The notes under the pieces are model-generated. The model was not told the DNA's origin. It was given only the letters and a program-made list of their open reading frames with translations, and made no database searches. 64,000 bases of DNA, from positions 397-64,396 of the forward strand of contig JBBIKK010000008.1 in the NCBI GenBank assembly GCA_037445475.1, read 5' to 3'. Source of the DNA: Chloroflexota bacterium. Lineage in GTDB: Bacteria; Chloroflexota; Anaerolineae; Anaerolineales; Villigracilaceae. Shown here piece by piece: positions 20,170 to 29,241 of this stretch; position 1 is the stretch's first letter, and each line of letters starts with the position of its first letter. A program made the position numbers and the translations under genes.

Positions 20170-22869
20170 TCACTCCTTCTCCTCTCTGTTCCCCTTCCCC
20201 CTTTCTCCCCTGCCCCCCTTCCCCTTTACAGGCAGATACACCCTGAAAGTGGCGCCGCCGGAGGGGTCGTTCTCGGCCTGGATATCCCCACCGTGTTGGC
20301 GAACGATCTCCTCCACAATCGCCAGGCCCAGCCCCATGCCGGTCGTCTTGCCGGTGACGAAGGGCTCGAAAATGTGTGGGAGGATCTCGGGGTCAATGCC
20401 GGGACCACTGTCGGTCACCGAGAACAAGACACGCCCCTGCTCAGAAAGATAGCGCGTAGCCGCGGTCAGATGTCCACCCGTTTGCATCGCCTCGATCGCG
20501 TTCATGAACAGATTCAACACGACCTGTCGCATCTGGTCGGGGGCCGCGAGCACCTCCGGCAAGGCAGGATCGGCGATGAACTCAAAGGCGATCTGCTTGT
20601 GGCGCATGTGAGTGGCAGTCAGAGTGCAAACGTCCTCGACGATGCGATTCAGCTGAATCTCCTGAAAGTCTTCCGTCTGTGCAGGGCGATAGGTGGAGCG
20701 CAGCCTGTCGAGCATGGTCGTCATGCGTTCGGTTTCCGAGAGCACGATCTCCAGATACTGGCGGCCGTCGGCGGAAAGTTTTTCATCCTCCATGACCAGA
20801 AAGAGGGCGTTATGGATGGCCTGCAGTGGATTATTCAACTCGTGCGAAACAGAGGCCAGCAAACGGCCGGCTACGGCCAGCCGCTCGCTCTGGATCAACC
20901 GTGAACGCATGGCCTGTTCCTGCTGCAAGGACATCTGCAGGTCGTTGTAGAGGCGTGCCTTTTGTAAAGCGGCAGCCAGCTGGTCGGCCACGCTGATCAT
21001 CAACTGCAAATCGCGTGAAGTGAGGCGGCCCGGAGAGGCCTGCTGAATATCCAGCACTCCCAACACGCTCCCATCCACCTGGATGGGCACGGCCAGTTCC
21101 GCTTGCGTATCTGGTAAAAGGGGGTTGCGGATAAAAAAGACGACTTGCTCGACGTCGTTCGTTACAAAGGGCTGGCCGATTTCGGCCACGTGGCCGACGA
21201 TGCCCGCGCCAACAGGCAGGCGATACCCCTGCTCTCGCAATCTGGCGCCGATCTCTCCGCTGCCATGGCGCGCCAGGAACTCTCCATTTTCGGGGTCCTT
21301 CACATAGACCTGAACATGATAATACCCAAAGTCTTGCTGCAAGAGTTTGACGACATCCTCCATCAGTTCATCCAGTTCATCGGCGTCCAGAGAGGCGGCC
21401 AATCCCCGGCTGATGTGGTAAAGCGCATTGATCTCCTTCAGATCCTGGCGGGTTCTCTCCAGCAAGTTGGCATTCTCGATCGCGATGGCGGCCTGCGTGC
21501 TCAACGCCGCCAGCAGGCGGCCGTCGTCCTGGGAGAACGCGTTCACCTGATTACTCTGAACGCTGATCGTTCCCACCAACCGATCATGGCTTTGAATGGG
21601 AGCCACGATGAGCGCGCGAAGGTGCATGGCGGACGCCCGATGGACAAAACGTTCATCGGCTTGCACATCTGGGATGACAACCACCTGGCGCGAGGCAATG
21701 GCCATGCCGGCAATGCCTTCTCCCAGGTGCATTTTCAGGTTGGTTTTGACTTCATCGGCGAGACCGGCAATAGCGCGCGGGACCAGGGTTTGTCGATCGT
21801 CGTCCAGCAAGTGCAGGACGACCCGTTCGGCGCCGGGGATCAAGATCTTGGCCGAGTCGACGATCAGCTGGAGCACGGTTTCCAGGCCCACTCGTTCCGT
21901 TTCGCTCAAGACGCGCGCGATGTTGGCCAGGGCGCCTGCCTCCTTGAGCCGCTGTTGCAGGCGCAGCCCCTGTTCCCGCGCCCAGAGCGCCAGAGCAATT
22001 TGATTGCCGGCCAGTTCAGCGTATTCGATTTCCTCACGGGTGAAACTGCGCCGCGTGCCATAGGTGATGGTCGCGGCGCCGAACCTGTACCTCCCCGCCG
22101 CTAATGGGATAACGAGAGCCGATCGCAGCGGAAGTGAAAGTTCGCCATAGGGAGCCGGGTGAATGAGATGACGCGATTTCGAGACATCCTCAATAACCAG
22201 CACGCGCCCGCTCTGCAACACCGAGGCGGTCACAGTTGCCTCCTCAGCCCCCAACACGACGCGGCCGGAATGGGGCTGCTCCAACAAGAGGGTGGATGCC
22301 AGGAAAACAGCCTGTTCCTGCCCTGCATCCCAGTACGTGAGATAAGCGTAATCACCGACAAACATGTTGACCAGATGGGTGATCAAATAGTAATACGTGG
22401 AATCCGCATCCTTGGGGTCCAACACGTCCTTGGTGAGAATGTTCATGAGAGCCAGGAAGCGTTCGCGGATGCGAAATTCCTCCTCAAAGCGCACGCGTTC
22501 GACCACTCGTTCATGCAGCATGGACGTGACATAGCCCATGGCGATCAACATCAAATTCCCTGGCCAGCCAGAGGCCAGCCAGGTGAGCCAGTCACCCCCC
22601 GCGAAGCGGGCCAGAAGGGTCGTGTTCAGAAAAATGCCCAGAAAACTGGAAATCAGCCCGCCTTTGAATCCAAAATACCAGCCGGCGGCGGCCACGGGCA
22701 CGGTGATCAGGGCCGAGGCCACCGGCCCCGCTCGCTCCAAGAGCCAACGAAAAAAGACAACATACAGGAAAGTGACGCCCAGAACAATCGCTGCTCGCCC
22801 CCAGGCATGAGGCGGAAACACAACCGGCGCGTTTCGCCCCTTGATCTCACTGCTCGTGCTCAACTGCAT
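20170..22869 (-). CDS. membrane sensor histidine kinase with three GAF domains
   Basis: N-terminal TM segments and three GAF-like blocks, the last with YYHVQVYVKD...IRNPLLPDTQAELAVPI. H-box LLASVSHELNNPLQAI, then NLFMNAIEAM...DSGPGI...GMGLGL. Confidence 0.85.
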   Translation of the reverse strand: MQLSTSSEIKGRNAPVVFPPHAWGRAAIVLGVTFLYVVFFRWLLERAGPVASALITVPVAAAGWYFGFKGGLISSFLGIFLNTTLLARFAGGDWLTWLASGWPGNLMLIAMGYVTSMLHERVVERVRFEEEFRIRERFLALMNILTKDVLDPKDADSTYYYLITHLVNMFVGDYAYLTYWDAGQEQAVFLASTLLLEQPHSGRVVLGAEEATVTASVLQSGRVLVIEDVSKSRHLIHPAPYGELSLPLRSALVIPLAAGRYRFGAATITYGTRRSFTREEIEYAELAGNQIALALWAREQGLRLQQRLKEAGALANIARVLSETERVGLETVLQLIVDSAKILIPGAERVVLHLLDDDRQTLVPRAIAGLADEVKTNLKMHLGEGIAGMAIASRQVVVIPDVQADERFVHRASAMHLRALIVAPIQSHDRLVGTISVQSNQVNAFSQDDGRLLAALSTQAAIAIENANLLERTRQDLKEINALYHISRGLAASLDADELDELMEDVVKLLQQDFGYYHVQVYVKDPENGEFLARHGSGEIGARLREQGYRLPVGAGIVGHVAEIGQPFVTNDVEQVVFFIRNPLLPDTQAELAVPIQVDGSVLGVLDIQQASPGRLTSRDLQLMISVADQLAAALQKARLYNDLQMSLQQEQAMRSRLIQSERLAVAGRLLASVSHELNNPLQAIHNALFLVMEDEKLSADGRQYLEIVLSETERMTTMLDRLRSTYRPAQTEDFQEIQLNRIVEDVCTLTATHMRHKQIAFEFIADPALPEVLAAPDQMRQVVLNLFMNAIEAMQTGGHLTAATRYLSEQGRVLFSVTDSGPGIDPEILPHIFEPFVTGKTTGMGLGLAIVEEIVRQHGGDIQAENDPSGGATFRVYLPVKGKGGRGERGKGNREEKE

Positions 22870-23100
22870 CTTTGCAGGTCCCTAACATAGAAAGCAATGT
22901 TCTCATCTCGCGCCAGGCGATCTGACCTGCGAGGGGGTGAGCAACAACACATGAGGATGCCCACACCACGCCTCGTGTGTTCATAGTATATCATGTGAGC
23001 ACACCCGTTCGAGTTGCGAAACACTTGCAATCCTGCCCGGGCGTTATTCCGCAAATTGCAGCCTGCCAGTCCCCCCTCCCAGAATCAGGGAGAGGCTGGT

Positions 23101-23133
23101 CAAAAGGTCTCCGCCCATCTCTGAGCGGAGACC
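23101..23133 (-). terminator. rho-independent terminator of the csp gene
   Basis: Perfect 9-bp stem GGTCTCCGC (23106-23114) / GCGGAGACC (23125-23133) with a 10-nt loop. On the minus strand it is followed by TTTTG (23105-23101). It lies 16 nt after the csp stop. Confidence 0.7.
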
Positions 23134-23148
23134 CTCGTCAGGTGATTT

Positions 23149-23358
23149 CTAGAGCGGCACCACGTTGGCGGCCTGTGGGCCCTTGGGCCCCTGCTCCACC
23201 GTGAATTCCACCTTCTGGCCCTCCACCAGTTTGCGAAATCCTTCGCTCTGGATGGCGCTGTAGTGGACGAACACGTCTGGGCCACCTTCGCGGGAGATAA
23301 AGCCGTAGCCTTTCTCCGCATTGAACCACTTGACCGTTCCGACGATACGTTCGGACAT
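23149..23358 (-). CDS. cspA: cold-shock protein (CSD)
   Basis: [37 protein letters not shown]... carries the RNP1/RNP2 motifs KGYGFI and VFVHY. GGAGG SD upstream. Track ORF trimmed. Confidence 0.95.
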   Translation of the reverse strand: MSERIVGTVKWFNAEKGYGFISREGGPDVFVHYSAIQSEGFRKLVEGQKVEFTVEQGPKGPQAANVVPL

Positions 23359-23604
23359 TGCTTTGCCTCCTTCTAGCAAAAGAAAACGGTTACGATGTCG
23401 CACGTGTATCGGACGGTCAAACAAAATGACCCGCCGAAGAGCCCTCGGGTCAAATGTTGATATTCCTGACGATAACGTACCGGCATCTCACAGGGTTGAT
23501 GATACAAGTGTTTGATTAAAACGTCAAGTGCCACGGGCGCCAGGGTGCATGCACAGCCGGCGCCGGGTGCAAAGACGCAGCTCACCGCAAGTATAATCCA
23601 GAGT

Positions 23605-26295
23605 ATGAAGCCCCCGTTCGAGTTTCGTCTCTCACGACAGGCACGACAGAAATATGATTTCGAAGACGAACTGTTCAGCACAGATGGCCATCTGATCCTT
23701 TCACACGCCTCCGCCTCGCCCGGCGCCGGACTGCAGGCCGCCCGCCGCTTGGCAGCGCGCATCCATGCCGTGAGCGGGCGCCTCGTCCCGGCCTCGGCGC
23801 TCTATGGCATGGCTCTGCTGCACGAAGTGATGCACCTCCTCATCCGAGAGTATGAGAAGCAGGCTCCCCACCTCATGTCCGGCGTGGCGCGTGCTCTGCA
23901 GTCCCATTTGGGTCCGCTGTTCGAGGCAACCCTGTGGCGTTTCGGCGAGGAGTTCCCGTCCCTGGCCGTCTACCGCGGGAAATCCACGGTGCAAGAGGAC
24001 CCGCTTTCGCCCTCCACACCCCCCGGGCAAAGCAGGCGCGAAGCAATCCTCGAAGAAATGCTGCTTGTGCATCTCGCCAACTCCAACCCCGCCCTTCAGC
24101 CATATCGCGAACTGGTTGACGATCGAGTGCTCCACGACACCGCCTATTCAGAGACAGTGCAGCAGATGCGCGCCTTCTTCGCCCAGCAGCCGCCGTTCGC
24201 CATGCCCGGCACGGCGGGCGGAGAGACATTGGATGAGGTCCTGAGCGCTCCCTTGCGCGCCGCGCCTCACTCGCTCGAAGGACAACTTCAATTCATCCTG
24301 CGCCGATGGGGCGCCCTGCTCGGCGCGGAGGTGATCCAGCGCATCCTGCGCGGCCTCGATTTCATCCGAGAAGATGCCGCTCGGCAGGCGCAGCCTGTCG
24401 CCGGCCGCCCGACCCTCGCAGCGCCCCTGCCCCACGGCGAGGCAACCGAGGAAGAGCATTTCAGCCCCGAGCAGGAATGGATGGCGCGGTTGGTACTGAT
24501 CAGCAAAAACACCTACGTCTGGCTGGAGCAGTTATCACGCAAATACCAGCGCTGGATTCACCATCTCGATCAGATTCCCGATGAAGAACTGGACGAACTG
24601 GCCCGGCGCGGCATCAACGGGCTGTGGCTCATCGGCCTGTGGGAGCGCTCGCCGGCCAGCCGCGCCATCAAGCAACGGATGGGAAATCCAGAGGCTGCGG
24701 CCTCGCCTTATTCGATCTATCGTTATGAAATCGCCGAGGACCTGGGCGGATGGGAAGCGCTCTCTCGCCTGCGCGCCCGCACCGAACCACGCGGCCTCCG
24801 CCTGGCCGCCGATATGGTCCCGAATCACATGGGCATCGATTCGATCTGGGTGATCGAGCACCCCGACTGGTTCCTCTCCGTGAGCACTCCTCCCTACCCA
24901 TCCTATACTTTTCACTCCGAAAATCTCTCCACCGACCCGCGCGCCCAAATCATCCTCGAAGACCACTATTACTCCAGAAGCGACGCGGCTGTGGTCTTCA
25001 AACATGTGGACACCCGCACGGCTCAGGTGCGATACATTTACCACGGCAACGACGGCACCTCTCTCCCCTGGAACGACACCGCGCAACTCGACTTCACAAA
25101 GCCCGAAGTGCGTCAGGCCGTCCTGGAGACGATCCTGCATGTGGCGCGACACTTTCCCATCCTGCGCCTCGACGCCGCCATGACCCTGACCAGGAGGCAC
25201 TTCCAGCGCTTGTGGTTCCCCGAGGCCGGAACGGGCGGCGCCATCCCCTCGCGAGCCGAGCAGGGGATGTCCAAAGCTGAATTCGAAGCCAGGATGCCGC
25301 GCGAGTTCTGGCGCGAGGTCGTGGAACGCCTGGCCGCAGAATCCCCAGACACGCTCCTGCTGGCCGAGGCCTTCTGGATGATGGAGGGCTACTTCGTCCG
25401 CTCCTTGGGGATGCACCGCGTCTACAACTCGGCCTTCATGCACATGCTGAGAGATGAGGAAAATGCTCAATACCGCCGCTTCATCAAGAACACACTGGAA
25501 TGGGAAGCGCGGGTCCTAAAGCGTTACGTCAACTTCATGAGCAACCCGGATGAAGGCACCGCCATCGAGCAGTTCGGCGACGGCGATAAGTACTTCGGCG
25601 TCTGCACGCTCATGTGCACCCTGCCCGGCCTGCCCATGTTCGGGCACGGACAAATCGAAGGCCTGCGCGAGAAATACGGCATGGAATTCCGCCGGCCCCA
25701 GCAGGACGAATCTCCCCATGAAGGGCTGGTGCGCGAGCACGAACGCCGAATCTTCCCGCTCCTGCGCCGCCGCTATCTGTTCGCCGATGTGGAGCAATTC
25801 TCGTTCTACGACCTCCATACCCCCCAGGGCGCGATCCACGAAGACGTTTTTGCTTATTCCAACCGCTGCGGAGACGAACGCGCCCTCATCGTTTACAACA
25901 ACAAATTCGCCGAGGCGCGCGGCTGGATCCATGCCCCCGCCGCCCGTCTCAAAAAGCCATCCGGCGAACGGATTCAGAGAACACTGGCCGAGGGACTGGG
26001 CCTGCCTCATGAAGGTTACGTGGTCTTCCGAGATCATGCCGACGGCACGGAATATGTGCGTCCCTGCCGCGAAATATGGGAAAAGGGCCTGTACATCGAA
26101 CTGGGCGCCTATCAGTGTAAGGTGTTCATGGATGTGCAGATAGAAAAGAAAACCCCTCTGACCCCCGCGGCGCCGAAGGCCGAGAGCCCAAGAGCACAAG
26201 ACGAGATGGAGCCCAAAGCGCCTGCCGGGTCGCGGCGCGCCACAAAACGGAGGGGAAAACGCACTACGAAGAAAAGACAGCAGGGGAGAACGTGA
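23605..26295 (+). CDS. alpha-amylase-family (GH13-like) protein with ~330-aa N-terminal extension and Lys/Arg-rich tail
   Basis: GH13-like regions: I LAADMVPNHMG, II FPILRLDAAMT, III LLLAEAFWMMEG, IV YVNFMSNPDEG. ATG at 23605 chosen (MKPPFEFRLSRQARQKYDFED...). Confidence 0.7.
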   Translation: MKPPFEFRLSRQARQKYDFEDELFSTDGHLILSHASASPGAGLQAARRLAARIHAVSGRLVPASALYGMALLHEVMHLLIREYEKQAPHLMSGVARALQSHLGPLFEATLWRFGEEFPSLAVYRGKSTVQEDPLSPSTPPGQSRREAILEEMLLVHLANSNPALQPYRELVDDRVLHDTAYSETVQQMRAFFAQQPPFAMPGTAGGETLDEVLSAPLRAAPHSLEGQLQFILRRWGALLGAEVIQRILRGLDFIREDAARQAQPVAGRPTLAAPLPHGEATEEEHFSPEQEWMARLVLISKNTYVWLEQLSRKYQRWIHHLDQIPDEELDELARRGINGLWLIGLWERSPASRAIKQRMGNPEAAASPYSIYRYEIAEDLGGWEALSRLRARTEPRGLRLAADMVPNHMGIDSIWVIEHPDWFLSVSTPPYPSYTFHSENLSTDPRAQIILEDHYYSRSDAAVVFKHVDTRTAQVRYIYHGNDGTSLPWNDTAQLDFTKPEVRQAVLETILHVARHFPILRLDAAMTLTRRHFQRLWFPEAGTGGAIPSRAEQGMSKAEFEARMPREFWREVVERLAAESPDTLLLAEAFWMMEGYFVRSLGMHRVYNSAFMHMLRDEENAQYRRFIKNTLEWEARVLKRYVNFMSNPDEGTAIEQFGDGDKYFGVCTLMCTLPGLPMFGHGQIEGLREKYGMEFRRPQQDESPHEGLVREHERRIFPLLRRRYLFADVEQFSFYDLHTPQGAIHEDVFAYSNRCGDERALIVYNNKFAEARGWIHAPAARLKKPSGERIQRTLAEGLGLPHEGYVVFRDHADGTEYVRPCREIWEKGLYIELGAYQCKVFMDVQIEKKTPLTPAAPKAESPRAQDEMEPKAPAGSRRATKRRGKRTTKKRQQGRT

Positions 26296-26327
26296 CATTT
26301 GAGAGCACTTGTGGTTAAATTACACTC

Positions 26328-27083
26328 ATGCGCTGGATTTACCTCTCCCCACACCTGGACGACGCGGTCCTCTCCGCCGGCGGGCTGATTTATGAACAGA
26401 CGCATTCCGGCACCCCGGTCGAAATCTGGACCTTCATGTGCGGCTTCCCAGACGAGGGCGAACTGAGCGACCTGGCCAGGGCCCTGCACATGCTCTGGGG
26501 CGCTCGCTCCGCGGCTGAAGCCGTCCGCCTGCGCCGCGCGGAAGACCAGCGCGCCGCCGCCATCCTGGGCGCCAGGGCCGTTCACTTCGATTTCCTGGAT
26601 TGCATCTACCGCCGCGGACGAGAGGGCCAGCCCCTCTACACCAACATCTTCGACACGCCCAACCCGGCCGAGGCCGACCTGCCGGCCCAAATCGCACAGA
26701 CGATGGTCGCCTGGCTGCATAAGGACGACCGCCTGGTCTGCCCGCTGGCCGTCGACGGCCACGTGGATCACGTCCTGGTGCGCAGCGCAGCCGAAATGCT
26801 CCAACACCCCCTGGATTTCGTGGCCGACCTGCCCTACACCTTCCAGAACCCGGATGGGCTGACCCCGAAGACCGCCGGGATGCACGAGGTGCTCTGCCCG
26901 GTCTCAGAAGCCGGCCTGAGGTCCTGGTTGGAAGCAGCCGAGGCTTACACCTCTCAAATCGAATCACTGTTCGGAACTGCGCAGGCGATGCGCGAGCAAA
27001 TCCAGGCCTATTGGGCTGGAGCAGGGGGCGTGCGCCTATGGAGAGCGGGGCCGGCAGGGCTTGATTCGCACCCGAAACCATGA
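26328..27083 (+). CDS. PIG-L / LmbE family deacetylase
   Basis: N-terminal IYLSPHLDDAVLSAGG and the downstream HVDH motif are typical of PIG-L zinc deacetylases. Confidence 0.75.
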   Translation: MRWIYLSPHLDDAVLSAGGLIYEQTHSGTPVEIWTFMCGFPDEGELSDLARALHMLWGARSAAEAVRLRRAEDQRAAAILGARAVHFDFLDCIYRRGREGQPLYTNIFDTPNPAEADLPAQIAQTMVAWLHKDDRLVCPLAVDGHVDHVLVRSAAEMLQHPLDFVADLPYTFQNPDGLTPKTAGMHEVLCPVSEAGLRSWLEAAEAYTSQIESLFGTAQAMREQIQAYWAGAGGVRLWRAGPAGLDSHPKP

Positions 27084-27123
27084 TATATTAAACTCACCTT
27101 CGGGAACACCAGAGGGAAGCAAA

Positions 27124-27152
27124 TTGCATCCTGTGACGGGATGCAAATTTTT
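27124..27152 (+). terminator. hairpin plus T-run between the PIG-L gene and greA (terminator or greA-leader attenuator)
   Basis: 8-bp stem TTGCATCC (27124-27131) / GGATGCAA (27139-27146) with a 7-nt loop, followed by ATTTTT. It lies 16 nt upstream of the greA ATG. Confidence 0.45.
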
Positions 27153-27167
27153 CACCAAGGAAAGCCT

Positions 27168-27638
27168 ATGCCAACCAAATTCCTGACCAAGGAAGGCTAT
27201 CAGAAACTTCAAGAGGAGTTAGATTACCTGCGAACCGTGAAGCGGCAGGAAGTGGCCCAGCGCCTCCACGAAGCCATGGAGGGCGGCGAACTGATCGAGA
27301 ATGCCGAATACGAAGCCGCCAAGAACGAGCAGGCATTCGTCGAGGGCCGCATCCAAGAACTGGAAATGCTCCTGGCCACGGCGCGCGTGATCGAAGAGGG
27401 CGAAAAGGGGCAGAAGAGCGGCATCGTGACGATCGGCTCGACGGTCACCATCCAAGAAGAAGGATTCGAGCCAGAAACCTATACGATCGTCGGGGCCGTG
27501 GAAGCCAACCCGCGCCAGGGCAAGATCTCGAACGAATCGCCCATCGGTCGAGCGATCTTGAATCACAGGAGCGGTGATGTCGTCCAGGTGGAGACTCCGA
27601 GCGGAACCTACAAAGTCAAAATCCTGAAGGTCAAGTAA
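27168..27638 (+). CDS. greA: transcription elongation factor GreA
   Basis: MPTKFLTKEGYQKLQEELDYLRTVKRQEVAQRLHEAMEGGELIENAEYEAAKNEQAFVEGRI... plus a C-terminal ISNESPIGRAILNH-type motif. AAGGAAAG SD upstream. Confidence 0.9.
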   Translation: MPTKFLTKEGYQKLQEELDYLRTVKRQEVAQRLHEAMEGGELIENAEYEAAKNEQAFVEGRIQELEMLLATARVIEEGEKGQKSGIVTIGSTVTIQEEGFEPETYTIVGAVEANPRQGKISNESPIGRAILNHRSGDVVQVETPSGTYKVKILKVK

Positions 27639-27657
27639 AGACCGCTCGCTTCGCGGC

Positions 27658-27693
27658 CCCGCGCTGCTGCTCCCGGCCGCGCGGGTTTTTTTT
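27658..27693 (+). terminator. rho-independent terminator of greA
   Basis: CCCGCGC (27658-27664) / GCGCGGG (27679-27685) stem followed by T8 (27686-27693). Confidence 0.8.
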
Positions 27694-27727
27694 ATACCCT
27701 CATGGAAAAACGGAGAAAGCGGCGAAC

Positions 27728-29239
27728 ATGTCCGAGAATACTGCGCTCGAAAAAATCCGCTTACAGAAAATTCTGGACCTGCGTGCCCAGGGCGTCGATC
27801 CGTACCCGCCGCGCGCCGAGAGGACCCACACCAGCCTCCAGGCTGTGACCGAATTCGAGGCCGCGGAGAAAGGCGGACAGGAGGTGCGCGTCACCCTGGC
27901 CGGCCGCCTGCGCGCCATACGTCCGATGGGCAAACTCGCGTTTGCGCACATCGAGGACGGGGATGGCCGCATCCAACTGCTCTTGCGAACGAACGAGCTG
28001 GGCAAGGAATGCCTCGACTTCTTCAACAGGATGTTCGACCTCGGCGACTTCATCCAGGCCTCGGGCGTGATGTTCCGCACCCGAACGGGCGAGATCACGC
28101 TGCAGGTGCACGACTTCAAGATGCTGGCCAAGGCCGTGAGCCCCCTCCCCGCCGCAAAGGACGAGACCCTGCCCGACGGCAGCGTGATTCGCCACGCTGC
28201 CCTGGAGGACCCGGAACTGCGCGCCCGTCAACGTTATGCCGACCTGGCCGTCAACCCCGAGGTGCGCGAGGTCTTCCGCAAGCGCGCCGCCATCATCAAG
28301 GCCCTGCGAGAATTCCTGGACGCACGCGGCTTCCTGGAAGTCGAGACGCCCATTCTCCAACCCATCTACGGCGGGGCCGCGGCGCGCCCCTTCATCACGC
28401 ATCACAACGAACTCGATCAGGACATGTACCTGCGCATTTCCTTCGAGTTGTACCTCAAGCGCTTGCTGGTCGGCAACCTCGAGCGCGTCTACGAGATCGG
28501 ACGGGACTTTCGCAACGAGGGCGTGTCGTTCAAGCACAACCCGGAATTCACCCAGCTGGAGTTCTACTGCGCCTATGCCGATTATCTGCAAGTCATGGAA
28601 CTCACCGAGCAGATGATCGCCTACACCGCCAAAAAGGTGCTGGGCAGCCAGAAAATCGTCTATCAGGGCCATGAGATCGATTTCACCCCTCCGTGGCGCA
28701 GGCTGGAACTGCGCGCCGCCCTGAAGGAGGTCAGCGGCATCGACATTGCTCAGCATCCCACCGCCGAGTCGCTCTACCGGGCGATTCTCAAGAGCGGCAA
28801 ACAGCCCGACCCACGCGCCACGCGCGGAAAGTTGATCGACTTCCTGCTGGGCGAGTGCCTCGAGCCCACCCTCATCCAGCCCACCTTCCTCTACGATTAC
28901 CCGCGCGATATCTCGCCGCTCGCCAAGAGCAAGCCGGGCGACCCCCTGACGGTTGAACGCTTCGAGGTGTACGTGGCCGGCTTCGAATTGTGCAATGCCT
29001 TCACCGAACTGAACGACCCCCTCGACCAGGAACAACGCTTCCTCGAAATGGGACGCGACTACGCGGCCGACGATGTCGAGAAACACCCCCTGGACGAAGA
29101 TTACCTGCGCGCCATGCGTTACGGCATGCCCCCCAACGGCGGTTTTGGCATGGGCATAGACCGCCTGGTCATGCTGTTCACGGATAAACATTCCATTCGC
29201 GAGGTGTTGCTCTTTCCGGCTCTGCGCAAGGAAGAATAA
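27728..29239 (+). CDS. lysS: lysine--tRNA ligase (class II)
   Basis: OB-fold N-terminus (VRVTLAGRLRAIRPMGKLAFAHIEDGDGRIQL). Class II motifs FLEVETPIL, YEIGRDFRNEG and GGFGMGIDRLVM. Confidence 0.95.
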   Translation: MSENTALEKIRLQKILDLRAQGVDPYPPRAERTHTSLQAVTEFEAAEKGGQEVRVTLAGRLRAIRPMGKLAFAHIEDGDGRIQLLLRTNELGKECLDFFNRMFDLGDFIQASGVMFRTRTGEITLQVHDFKMLAKAVSPLPAAKDETLPDGSVIRHAALEDPELRARQRYADLAVNPEVREVFRKRAAIIKALREFLDARGFLEVETPILQPIYGGAAARPFITHHNELDQDMYLRISFELYLKRLLVGNLERVYEIGRDFRNEGVSFKHNPEFTQLEFYCAYADYLQVMELTEQMIAYTAKKVLGSQKIVYQGHEIDFTPPWRRLELRAALKEVSGIDIAQHPTAESLYRAILKSGKQPDPRATRGKLIDFLLGECLEPTLIQPTFLYDYPRDISPLAKSKPGDPLTVERFEVYVAGFELCNAFTELNDPLDQEQRFLEMGRDYAADDVEKHPLDEDYLRAMRYGMPPNGGFGMGIDRLVMLFTDKHSIREVLLFPALRKEE

Positions 29240-29241
29240 GC

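Noticed and set aside
22994-23003. Palindrome TGTGAGCACA upstream of the 899-aa kinase gene
   Set aside because: It is only 10 bp with a 2-nt centre and does not fit CRP/FNR-type spacing. It is too short to distinguish from chance.
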